Position numbers and translations under genes: made by a program. From assembly GCA_002366835.1 (NCBI GenBank), contig DFBZ01000018.1:12425-76424 (forward strand): DNA of 64,000 bases, in the 5' to 3' direction. Below, piece by piece: positions 56,602-64,000 of the stretch. Source of the stretch: Gammaproteobacteria bacterium UBA3067 (GTDB taxonomy: Bacteria > Pseudomonadota > Gammaproteobacteria > Pseudomonadales > UBA3067). The stretch's first letter is position 1. Each line of letters begins with the position of its first letter. Below the pieces are notes generated by a model. It was not told where the DNA came from. It saw nothing but the letters and a program-made list of their open reading frames with translations, and made no database searches.

Positions 56602-57138
56602 ATGAAACTATACATTAAACTCATTCTTTTTCTCGTGGTACTGGCCGTTGCAGCCCCCTTTATAATGAAACGGCCCGATGGCAGGCCACTACTAACAATC
56701 AATGACATCAAATCTGGCGATAGCGCCATTATGAAAAGTTTCAAAACACTGACCGACTTTTTTCATTCATCAAGCGATGCGCTTAGCCTTGGTGATAAGC
56801 TGCCTGAAAACGGAGAACGCCTACTTACAAGAGTTCATAAGTGGCAAGATAAAGAAGGCATTTGGCATTTCTCAGACCAGCAGCCAGAAGGTGCGACAAG
56901 TGAAACAGTAGAAATAGACCCTAATCAAAATATTCTCGAAATGAATGATGCAGACGTTCTCAAAAAATTAATAGGAGAAAAAGAAGAACAAACCGCCAAC
57001 GCAAGCCAAGCTCTTGAGCCTCCTACGAACATTATTCCCGGCCTGCCCACCATCGACCAGGCAAAAAAAGCTATGGATAATGCCAAAGCCGTGCAGGGTT
57101 TATTAGACAACCACTACAAACAAATCGAAAAATACTAA
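56602..57138 (+). CDS. DUF4124-domain membrane-anchored protein
   Basis: N-terminal TM 'LILFLVVLAVAAPFI'. 'VHKWQDKEGIWHFSDQQPEG' matches the DUF4124 core. The start was moved to 'MKLYIKL' because the ORF-track start at 56542 lies inside the MITE. Confidence 0.6.
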   Translation: MKLYIKLILFLVVLAVAAPFIMKRPDGRPLLTINDIKSGDSAIMKSFKTLTDFFHSSSDALSLGDKLPENGERLLTRVHKWQDKEGIWHFSDQQPEGATSETVEIDPNQNILEMNDADVLKKLIGEKEEQTANASQALEPPTNIIPGLPTIDQAKKAMDNAKAVQGLLDNHYKQIEKY

Positions 57139-57518
57139 TCAGGCTTTACATCCAAATATCGCCACTGCCCATCTTCTTTTTCAAAAGTGCTGCGCTCACT
57201 ATGCTTGTGCGCTTTCCCATTAATTTTATAAATCGCCTCGAATAACACTTCACCCGTATTTTCTTCAGCGCCTCCCATAAGGGTCTCTATCACTTTTAGG
57301 CGATGCCACTTTATCTTGCCATCCTCAAGCTGTTTCTTAGTAGGCCGCGTTTTCGAGTGCCAGGTCTTAATAATATAGTCTTCATCTTTTACGGCATACG
57401 CAGTATAGCGAGAACGCATTAATTGCTCAGCCGTTTCGGGTATCGCATCACCCGACAAATAGGGTTTACAGCATTTCTCAAAGTCAGCACCACTGCCGCA
57501 ATAACAACTCTGGTTCAT
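57135..57518 (-). CDS. ychJ: YchJ-family SEC-C motif metal-binding protein
   Basis: 'CYCGSGADFEKCCKPYLSG' (SEC-C), 'LMRSRYTAYA', and an NTF2-like remainder. 127 aa. Confidence 0.8.
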   Translation of the reverse strand: MNQSCYCGSGADFEKCCKPYLSGDAIPETAEQLMRSRYTAYAVKDEDYIIKTWHSKTRPTKKQLEDGKIKWHRLKVIETLMGGAEENTGEVLFEAIYKINGKAHKHSERSTFEKEDGQWRYLDVKPD

Positions 57519-57676
57519 TTATTTTTTCCTTTGTCTTTTTGAAATCATGCTCGCGTTAGCAAAACAAAAACCGCCAACATCTTAATCTCGAGCTCAGACT
57601 AGATTAACACTCGGTTCATATTTGACCATTCATAATAAGCTCACTTAAGGCAACTAAGCGCAAGAAGAAGCCCACC

Positions 57677-58495
57677 ATGAAGCGAAACATCGTTTATTTT
57701 TCATCAACTTTACTTGTGGTTTTTCTCCAAGCATGTACGGATACCATACCATCCGATGAAGTGAGAACAGAGAGCATCGTCGCCGATTACCACATCGAAA
57801 CATTTAACCACAAAACCGCTCATATAGATGCGCGACTGCATCGCGAAAGCCATGATTACGAATTTGTGATCCTTGAGAATCATGACCGCCTTATTGCTAC
57901 AACAGAAGCCAGCAGCGTATCACTGAGCCTTGAAAATGAAGCGTATAAACCAAAATACGTCGGTGAAATGGACATCAAAGAAAACGCCCCCATCACTTTC
58001 AGTTTTTACCGAAATTATTACCCAGAGCGCGAGCAGCGCTGGTATCCCTCAGACTTAACAGAACCCGAAGTGGACGAGTCGCTCGTAGAAGCCCCCCGCT
58101 CTTGGGTAGAAATGCCACCGGCTTTCGAAATAGTCACCCCCCTTGAAAATACCGAATATTACCAAGCGGATGATTTAGTGTCCTTAAGCTGGCAGCCCGT
58201 TGTAAGTGGCTCGCTAATGCGTATTCGCGCCCACCCCATTATTTGCGAATCCGATTATATTCTGCCTGACACAAGCCTTGTTATTGGAGAAGACTCAGGC
58301 GTCGTCAACATAACAGTAGCCGACTTACTTGACCCCCTTATCACCGCAGATTCCATTCCCTGTGATATAGAATTAATACTCTACCGCGAACAGCATGGGT
58401 TTCTCGACGAAAACTTTAGCGGTGGCAGCATTATTAGCGCCTATGCGCAACGTATCCGCCTTCGCTATCTTCCCGTAATCGTTAGCCAGCAATAA
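57677..58495 (+). CDS. lipoprotein, unknown function
   Basis: Lipobox 'LVVFLQAC'. No recognised domain. Confidence 0.5.
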   Translation: MKRNIVYFSSTLLVVFLQACTDTIPSDEVRTESIVADYHIETFNHKTAHIDARLHRESHDYEFVILENHDRLIATTEASSVSLSLENEAYKPKYVGEMDIKENAPITFSFYRNYYPEREQRWYPSDLTEPEVDESLVEAPRSWVEMPPAFEIVTPLENTEYYQADDLVSLSWQPVVSGSLMRIRAHPIICESDYILPDTSLVIGEDSGVVNITVADLLDPLITADSIPCDIELILYREQHGFLDENFSGGSIISAYAQRIRLRYLPVIVSQQ

Positions 58496-58505
58496 GCGAA
58501 ACAAC

Positions 58506-59129
58506 ATGTATCTAAATCTATCCAAAGCCATACAAAGAGCGGCCACTTTCACCCCAATACTCGTGCTATTTTTTTTCGCCTCGACCAGTCATGCCATCGA
58601 CTTTTATGCCGAAATGTTGCGCACAAGCAATGAAGAGAAAATAAGCCAGCCTGTTGATTTGGGCAGTGATGGCGGAGGAGTTCTCACTATTGGCATATCG
58701 TTCATTCCCCAAATTAGCCTAGAGGCAAGTCACACGACAGAAAATAGTTATGCGGTGCGCGGAGAAGACGAGAGCGGAAGCTGGGAAACAAACACCTCCT
58801 TAGAGGGCATAATGTATGGCCTGCGAGCCAAGTATAAGATTAATGAGCATCTGAACATTTATGGAAAACTCGGAAGACAAGACTTAGACCTTACGATGAC
58901 AATAAAAGAAAACCTCGTCAACTTTGGCTCCCACCATCCAGCACCAATCTCAGACAGCGCCAATCGTTACTACTACGGCCTGGGAGTATTGTTGTTTCTT
59001 ACACCCTTGGTATATCTAAAAGCTGACTACATCGCATTTATGGAATCATCAGCGTTCTTCTCTAATTCCAGCGCAGCATTCAGCTCAAAAGGAAAATATG
59101 CGGGAGCAGGGATAGGCATTGAGTGGTAA
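58506..59129 (+). CDS. small outer-membrane beta-barrel protein (OmpA-N/OmpW-like porin family)
   Basis: Signal peptide 'LVLFFFASTSHA', an alternating-strand pattern, and C-terminal 'GAGIGIEW'. Confidence 0.55.
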   Translation: MYLNLSKAIQRAATFTPILVLFFFASTSHAIDFYAEMLRTSNEEKISQPVDLGSDGGGVLTIGISFIPQISLEASHTTENSYAVRGEDESGSWETNTSLEGIMYGLRAKYKINEHLNIYGKLGRQDLDLTMTIKENLVNFGSHHPAPISDSANRYYYGLGVLLFLTPLVYLKADYIAFMESSAFFSNSSAAFSSKGKYAGAGIGIEW

Positions 59130-59176
59130 GCCAGCACAGATTGAATAGCGCTCGCCTTTTAGCGCTCAAATAAAAA

Positions 59177-59208
59177 AGGCCCGCTGAAATGAGCGGGCCT
59201 CTTTTTTA
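59177..59208. terminator. rho-independent terminator (bidirectional: A-tract / stem / T-tract)
   Basis: 'aaaaaaggcccgct-gaaatg-agcgggcctctttttt'. Confidence 0.8.
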
Positions 59209-59213
59209 ACTTA

Positions 59214-59363
59214 CTTTAGCAGGCTGTTGAAACTCTACTGACTTGGCCACCTACGGCGTTAAAATTGCCCTCAAAGTGCTCATTTACACATGTAAACTCC
59301 GCTTTTTCGCTTGATTTTGCCTTGTATCTGACTCAATTCAGCGAATTTCAACGGCCTGCTAGG
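59214..59363. repeat. MITE-like element, copy 2 (inverted relative to copy 1)
   Basis: Its reverse complement aligns end-to-end with 56429-56577. The ends are 'ctttagcaggctgttgaaactc' and 'gaatttcaacggcctgctagg'. Confidence 0.85.
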
Positions 59364-59370
59364 TCTTTCG

Positions 59371-60639
59371 CTAAGCAATCTGAGCCGTCTCCAGCAGACC
59401 GGCCTCCTCTAGCTCTTGGCGCTGCTTTCTTGCATGAGCAATCAACTGCGGATGACCACTCCTCTCATTGGCCTCCATCGCAAGCAGCTTTTCAGCAGGA
59501 GAAGCATGTTTCTCATCCCACTCAATCAGAAGCGGTATCATGGCGTCTTCCCACTTTTTCTTATTACGGGAAAGGCTCATCATTTTCATGTAGCCACCTG
59601 GCAACTGCGGGCCTTCAAGATGAGGCACCAAATCCCAAAACTCGCGCTCTGGCACATCGTGATGATCGGCATGCCGACCAATTCCATCCGTCAACCAATT
59701 CGTCACTTTATAAGTGCATCCCCAGGAATGCTTAATTTCTATGGGCTGATCGGGATCACGCACCAAACCGTAGTGTTGAATATAAACCCCTGCTTTATAA
59801 CCCAGGTGAGCTTGAATCACGCCGATGACAAATAAGGCAAGGCCGATGAAACCAGTGATAGCAGCAACACTGACCAAAATAGCCAATTCAACAGCGAACC
59901 CACGCAACAATCGGTTGTGGTGTGACCACACGGGCAGGCCCATATTCTCAAGACGGGTGCGTTCAATTTCCCAAACAATTTCGTAGTCCTGCTTAAAGGT
60001 ACGCGTGGTAAACGCCATAATGCCTTCACCACGAAGCGCAGTACTTGAATCACGCGGGGTCGCGGCAGTCAGGTGATGCCCATAAGGATGCTCTACCGCA
60101 TAATAACTGAACATGGTAAAGGTACCCATCAAGCGGGAAAGAAATACCGACAACGGCTCGTGCACACGGTGACAAAGCTCATGACCAATAGCCACCGTAC
60201 CCAGGCTAGAGGTAATACTAAAGAGAAGCATCGCTACGATATATTGAATCCAACCATCATTCGCATGAGCAGCCAACATATCAAAACCGGTAACAGCCTG
60301 AACACCTGCAGCGATGCTTAACAAGTCACCGCCATTATGCGCATGGGCCATCACCCAAAGAAAACCCACAAACGTTAGCACGGTACCCAACGAATAAAAC
60401 TGCATCATGCGTACAAAAACCTGAGGTTTTTTCCACTCGTAGGTTTCATGCTCTTCACCCAAAATAGGTTCAAGCACTTGTAGTGCGACAAGAAATAGAA
60501 CAAAGCCCCAGCCCACAACGCTCGAATTAGTAAAAACCAATACGGTTGCCGCAGTGGAAATCAACATTGGGACAATATAGGGAAAATACATCGGCCAGCT
60601 AGCTTGGGGCCGAGAAATATCGGGTGTTACTGCGCTCAT
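59371..60639 (-). CDS. AlkB-like integral-membrane di-iron hydroxylase (alkane 1-monooxygenase / fatty-acid desaturase superfamily)
   Basis: Histidine boxes 'HELCHR', 'EHPYGHH' and 'GRHADHH', with ~6 TM segments. 422 aa. Confidence 0.7.
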   Translation of the reverse strand: MSAVTPDISRPQASWPMYFPYIVPMLISTAATVLVFTNSSVVGWGFVLFLVALQVLEPILGEEHETYEWKKPQVFVRMMQFYSLGTVLTFVGFLWVMAHAHNGGDLLSIAAGVQAVTGFDMLAAHANDGWIQYIVAMLLFSITSSLGTVAIGHELCHRVHEPLSVFLSRLMGTFTMFSYYAVEHPYGHHLTAATPRDSSTALRGEGIMAFTTRTFKQDYEIVWEIERTRLENMGLPVWSHHNRLLRGFAVELAILVSVAAITGFIGLALFVIGVIQAHLGYKAGVYIQHYGLVRDPDQPIEIKHSWGCTYKVTNWLTDGIGRHADHHDVPEREFWDLVPHLEGPQLPGGYMKMMSLSRNKKKWEDAMIPLLIEWDEKHASPAEKLLAMEANERSGHPQLIAHARKQRQELEEAGLLETAQIA

Positions 60640-61027
60640 TTCACTCTCTCCATGTGCAATTAACGTTTAGCATTAAAATGCTGTACTTATTATTATTGAG
60701 GCTCTGTATACATGGATACCAATACAAGAATTCAGCATTGCAAACACCTGTAATGAAAGCCTTACCTTAGTTGGTAGTCGATAACTTTACTGCAGTAAAA
60801 GCCTACTTGACAAGCGAATCAACAGATTTCTTATGAACAAATGAAAGCCCATTTTCAAACATCACAAAACACCTCTTAACTCCATGATAAATATACATTA
60901 CTAAATGTGTCGAAATGCGACATGCTATAATAAGAAAATCTCAAATAACACTTCATCTATTTAGAATATTACCCATTTACACTTATTCTAAACTTCTTCG
61001 TCATTTCCAAATAGGAAACCCTGGCTA

Positions 61028-62389
61028 ATGAATCACATCAGCACCAGCATCTCGCCTGATGAAATTATGGGTGTACTTTCACAGGCAGAAATAAACACTT
61101 TAGCATCCGTAGGATCAAAAGATTTACATGAAATATTACGACGCTGCTCTTTGGCCGTGCTTAATTGCGGCAGCGTCATCGATGACAGTAAAGTGGTGTT
61201 CGATCAATTCAAACACTTCGACATCGGCATCCATAGGCGTAGCCGTGGCATCCGTCTCGATCTTATCAACGCACCAGGCAGTGCTTTTGTGGACGGCCAA
61301 ATTATTCGCGGCATTAAGGAGCATTTATTTGCCGTTATTCGCGATGTTGTCTACGTGCATAATGAATTACAAACTTCAACGATTGACCTTAATGAGTCGA
61401 CCCAGATCACCAATGCTGTTTTTTATATTTTGCGCAATGCCAATATTTTACATCCGGGTGTCGACCCCAACTTAGTCGTGTGCTGGGGTGGGCACGCCAT
61501 TAATCGAATAGAGTACGACTACACCAAAGAAGTTGGTCATGAATTAGGTTTGCGCAAATTGAACATTTGCACCGGCTGTGGCCCTGGTGCCATGAAAGGC
61601 CCCATGAAAGGAGCCACCATTGGTCATGCCAAGCAGCGCCACCGCAAAGGCCGCTACATGGGTTTTACAGAACCGGGGATTATTGCCGCCGAATCCCCCA
61701 ACCCTATCGTTAACGAGCTCGTTATATTCCCAGATATTGAAAAACGCCTTGAGGGCTTCGTCCGTACGGGACACGCATTTATTGTCTTCCCAGGTGGCGC
61801 AGGCACTGCTGAGGAAATTTTATATTTGCTTGGCATACTTCTACATCCAGAAAACGACGGAGTGCCCTTCCCGTTAATTTTCACCGGCCCAAAAGAAAGT
61901 GCCGATTATTTTGAACAAATGGATGAATTTATAGGTAATACTCTCGGACGGGAGGCCCAAAAGAAATACAAAATTATTATTGATGACCCAGAAAACGTTT
62001 CCAGAAAAGTAATAAAGGGTATCGCAAAGGTGCGAAACCATAGAAGAAAACAAAGTGATGCTTTTTATTACAACTGGAAGTTAAAAATCGACGATAGCTT
62101 TCAATTGCCGTTTATTCCAAACCATAAAAACATGGCCTCTCTTGCCATCCACAGCGACCAGCCCACCCACGCCCTTGCATCGAATCTACGCAAAGTATTT
62201 TCTGGCATCGTGGCGGGAAACATCAAGGACAGTGGAATTCGTGCCATCGAGAAGCACGGCCCGTTTAATATCAATGGCGACAAGTCCATCATGCTTGCAT
62301 TGGACCACTTACTGGAAAATTTTGTTGCGCAAGGAAGAATGAAACTTGCCAAGGATGATTACTCGCCTTGCTATCAGGTTATAAAGTAA
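61028..62389 (+). CDS. ppnN: nucleotide 5'-monophosphate nucleosidase PpnN (YgdH, LOG family)
   Basis: 453 aa. 'VVCWGGHAI', 'ICTGCGPGAMKGPMKGA' and 'FPGGAGTAEEILYLLG' are LOG/PpnN signatures. Confidence 0.85.
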   Translation: MNHISTSISPDEIMGVLSQAEINTLASVGSKDLHEILRRCSLAVLNCGSVIDDSKVVFDQFKHFDIGIHRRSRGIRLDLINAPGSAFVDGQIIRGIKEHLFAVIRDVVYVHNELQTSTIDLNESTQITNAVFYILRNANILHPGVDPNLVVCWGGHAINRIEYDYTKEVGHELGLRKLNICTGCGPGAMKGPMKGATIGHAKQRHRKGRYMGFTEPGIIAAESPNPIVNELVIFPDIEKRLEGFVRTGHAFIVFPGGAGTAEEILYLLGILLHPENDGVPFPLIFTGPKESADYFEQMDEFIGNTLGREAQKKYKIIIDDPENVSRKVIKGIAKVRNHRRKQSDAFYYNWKLKIDDSFQLPFIPNHKNMASLAIHSDQPTHALASNLRKVFSGIVAGNIKDSGIRAIEKHGPFNINGDKSIMLALDHLLENFVAQGRMKLAKDDYSPCYQVIK

Positions 62390-62445
62390 AACTCCTGCGG
62401 AGAGCATTTTGCGACTTATAAAATACGCGAACCCATCAAGGGGTA

Positions 62446-63159
62446 TCACAAGAACCATGGCAAGAAAAGTGCCGTTATCACTCCCATCAAACTCATGGCC
62501 AGAGCAGAAAAAGCCCCACACTCGCGACTAATTTCTAGAGCTTTTGCCGTACCGATGGCGTGAGCAGACACGCCAATAGCAATACCGGCCACGGCATCAT
62601 TTTTAGCCGGGAATATCTTCAGAAGCAGCGGCACAAAAATCGGCGCAAATAACGCGGTGATCAATACAAATAATGCAGCCAATGCTGCATTCCCACCAAT
62701 CTCTTCACTTAAAGAAACAGCTATAGGCGTCGTCACGGATTTTGTCGCCAACGATTTTACAAGCTGCTCGTCCAAACCGACAAACCGAGCCAAAGCCACC
62801 ACCACAAACACAGCGAAAGCAGCACTAGAAACCACTGTTATAATCACTGGGAAAAACATGGTGCGTAGCTTTCTCAGGCTTTCATAAAGTGGTATCGCTA
62901 AGGCAACCGTTACCGTACCCAGCAACCAATGCAGCACCTCAACACTATCAAAGTAGCTTCGATAACTAAGGCCTACAAAATCAAGAAAAAATATTAATAA
63001 ACCCACCGAGACAAGCAGGGGATGAAAAAGCGGGAAACGGCCCGTTTTTTCAAATAAAAAACGCGCAGACTGAAAGCAAGCAAAGGTCATTAGTATGCCA
63101 AATAAGGGGTGGCCCACCAATACTTGGTTTGCAATCTGAAGTTTTCCGAGATCAATCAT
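62446..63159 (-). CDS. lrgB: LrgB/CidB-family membrane protein
   Basis: 237 aa, polytopic. 'SLATKSVTTPIAVSLSEEIGG' is a typical LrgB motif. The start overlaps the stop of the upstream LrgA-like gene (the 4-nt string ATGA at 63156-63159 on the coding strand). Confidence 0.8.
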   Translation of the reverse strand: MIDLGKLQIANQVLVGHPLFGILMTFACFQSARFLFEKTGRFPLFHPLLVSVGLLIFFLDFVGLSYRSYFDSVEVLHWLLGTVTVALAIPLYESLRKLRTMFFPVIITVVSSAAFAVFVVVALARFVGLDEQLVKSLATKSVTTPIAVSLSEEIGGNAALAALFVLITALFAPIFVPLLLKIFPAKNDAVAGIAIGVSAHAIGTAKALEISRECGAFSALAMSLMGVITALFLPWFL

Positions 63160-63497
63160 CTTTGGCGTGCACTTAGAAGAGTCATCATAAAAAATGAAAA
63201 CAAATAGGTTATAAAAAAACTAAGCAATAATACGCCGCCAATTTCCAACCATGAAGATGACAAAAAATTAAACCAGCTATAAATGCCAGCTGTTATCGGA
63301 ATTAACAGCATAGGAAGGTAAGCAAACAACTTATTGGATGCATTCAATACAAAAGAGTCCACACCACCTCTCAATATCAAAAACACCAGCAGTAAAAACA
63401 AACCACACACAGGCCCTGGTAATGGTAGCGAGAAATAGCTTGCCAACCACTCCCCTGCCAATTGAAAGACAACTAAAACAATCAAACCCATTAGCAT
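63156..63497 (-). CDS. lrgA: LrgA/CidA-family holin-like protein
   Basis: 113 aa with 4 TM segments, 'VFQLAGEWLASYFSLPLPGPVCGLFLL'. Translationally coupled to lrgB. Confidence 0.7.
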   Translation of the reverse strand: MLMGLIVLVVFQLAGEWLASYFSLPLPGPVCGLFLLLVFLILRGGVDSFVLNASNKLFAYLPMLLIPITAGIYSWFNFLSSSWLEIGGVLLLSFFITYLFSFFMMTLLSARQR

Positions 63498-63619
63498 TTA
63501 ATTCGGGACTCCTAACAACGTTATCTTTTTACTAGCAGAAAATTTTTCACGCAGGAGGGACTGCGCAAAACACCTAAGAAAAGAGCACCCAAAATAAACT
63601 TATTCAGACGACAAAGGCA

Positions 63620-64000
63620 TCAATCAGTCAGAAAAGAACCAATAGTGTCCAACAGACTACCCTCTCCTGTTCGCTTACCACCTTGTGCGGGCAAGCCCGA
63701 CAACATCCGCGCAGCAAGGCGACTAAAGGGCATCGATTGCAACCATACATTCCCAGGCCCCGCTATGGTAGCAAAAAAGAAACCTTCACCGCCAAAAAAA
63801 GCGCTCTTAATTCCGCCAACGAATTCAATCTCAAAGTTTACCTGGCTCTCCATAGCCACCAAGCAACCGGTATCCACCTTAATACGTTGTCCGGGTTCAA
63901 GTTGAATATTATGCAAGGTGCCGCCAGCATGAATAAATGCCAAGCCGTCACCTTGCAATCGTTGCATAATAAAACCTTCACCACCGAACAACGCCACCCC
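63620..64000 (-). CDS. TIGR00266/AIM24-family protein, 5' end outside the window (partial)
   Basis: 'GGEGFIMQRLQGDGLAFIHAGGTL...VDTGCLVAME...FFGGEGFFFATIAGPGNVWLQSMP' is typical of TIGR00266 (DUF124). The reading frame is open to the window edge. Confidence 0.7.
   Translation of the reverse strand, partial: GVALFGGEGFIMQRLQGDGLAFIHAGGTLHNIQLEPGQRIKVDTGCLVAMESQVNFEIEFVGGIKSAFFGGEGFFFATIAGPGNVWLQSMPFSRLAARMLSGLPAQGGKRTGEGSLLDTIGSFLTD

Noticed and set aside
59265-59735. 156-aa plus-strand ORF
   Set aside because: It starts inside MITE copy 2 and then runs antisense to the well-supported AlkB-like gene. Its composition is low-complexity, so I judge it spurious.

Overview
The gene content suggests a chromosomal segment of a marine-type gammaproteobacterium. 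Supporting synteny: cca / FolM-like SDR / folK / folB / plsY, dtd, FAD-oxidase(D2HGDH-like)-serA, rnr, nirBD, ppnN, lrgAB. The organism is not identified. Ordinary core genes fill about 0.3-34 kb and 52.9-64 kb.

Between tRNA-Leu(CAG) at 34.09 kb and nirD at 52.86 kb lies an accessory block of about 18.7 kb, in three parts:

1. A decayed integrative element. It holds IS3 orfA, xis-like and integrase fragments, an iteron-like 'ACTTGACCC' repeat family, and an intact BacNav-type voltage-gated channel with an acidic, calcium-type filter.
2. An autotransporter-barrel OMP gene directly followed by an LRR lipoprotein gene.
3. An orphan T6SS cargo island on the minus strand. Gene order: vgrG, small beta-helix protein, DUF2169, HEAT-like protein, PAAR-like DUF4150, thiolase/KAS-fold pseudoenzyme, DUF2235 (Tle1-type) lipase, then three tandem mosaic lipoprotein (immunity-like) paralogues.

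The most interesting candidate system is the catalytically dead KAS-fold protein, which is translationally coupled to the lipase effector and sits next to a toxin-less PAAR-like protein.

Other notable items:
- a 2228-aa pseudokinase-STAND-GAF-PAS-histidine kinase-receiver protein
- a DEAD-box-like protein with degenerate catalytic motifs
- a class II cytochrome c gene interrupted by an in-frame TAG
- a ~150-bp MITE-like element family (two full inverted copies plus one end fragment)
- a pair of GMC oxidoreductase paralogues around a small membrane protein

All calls rest on motif recognition by eye from the supplied translations. No database search was run.
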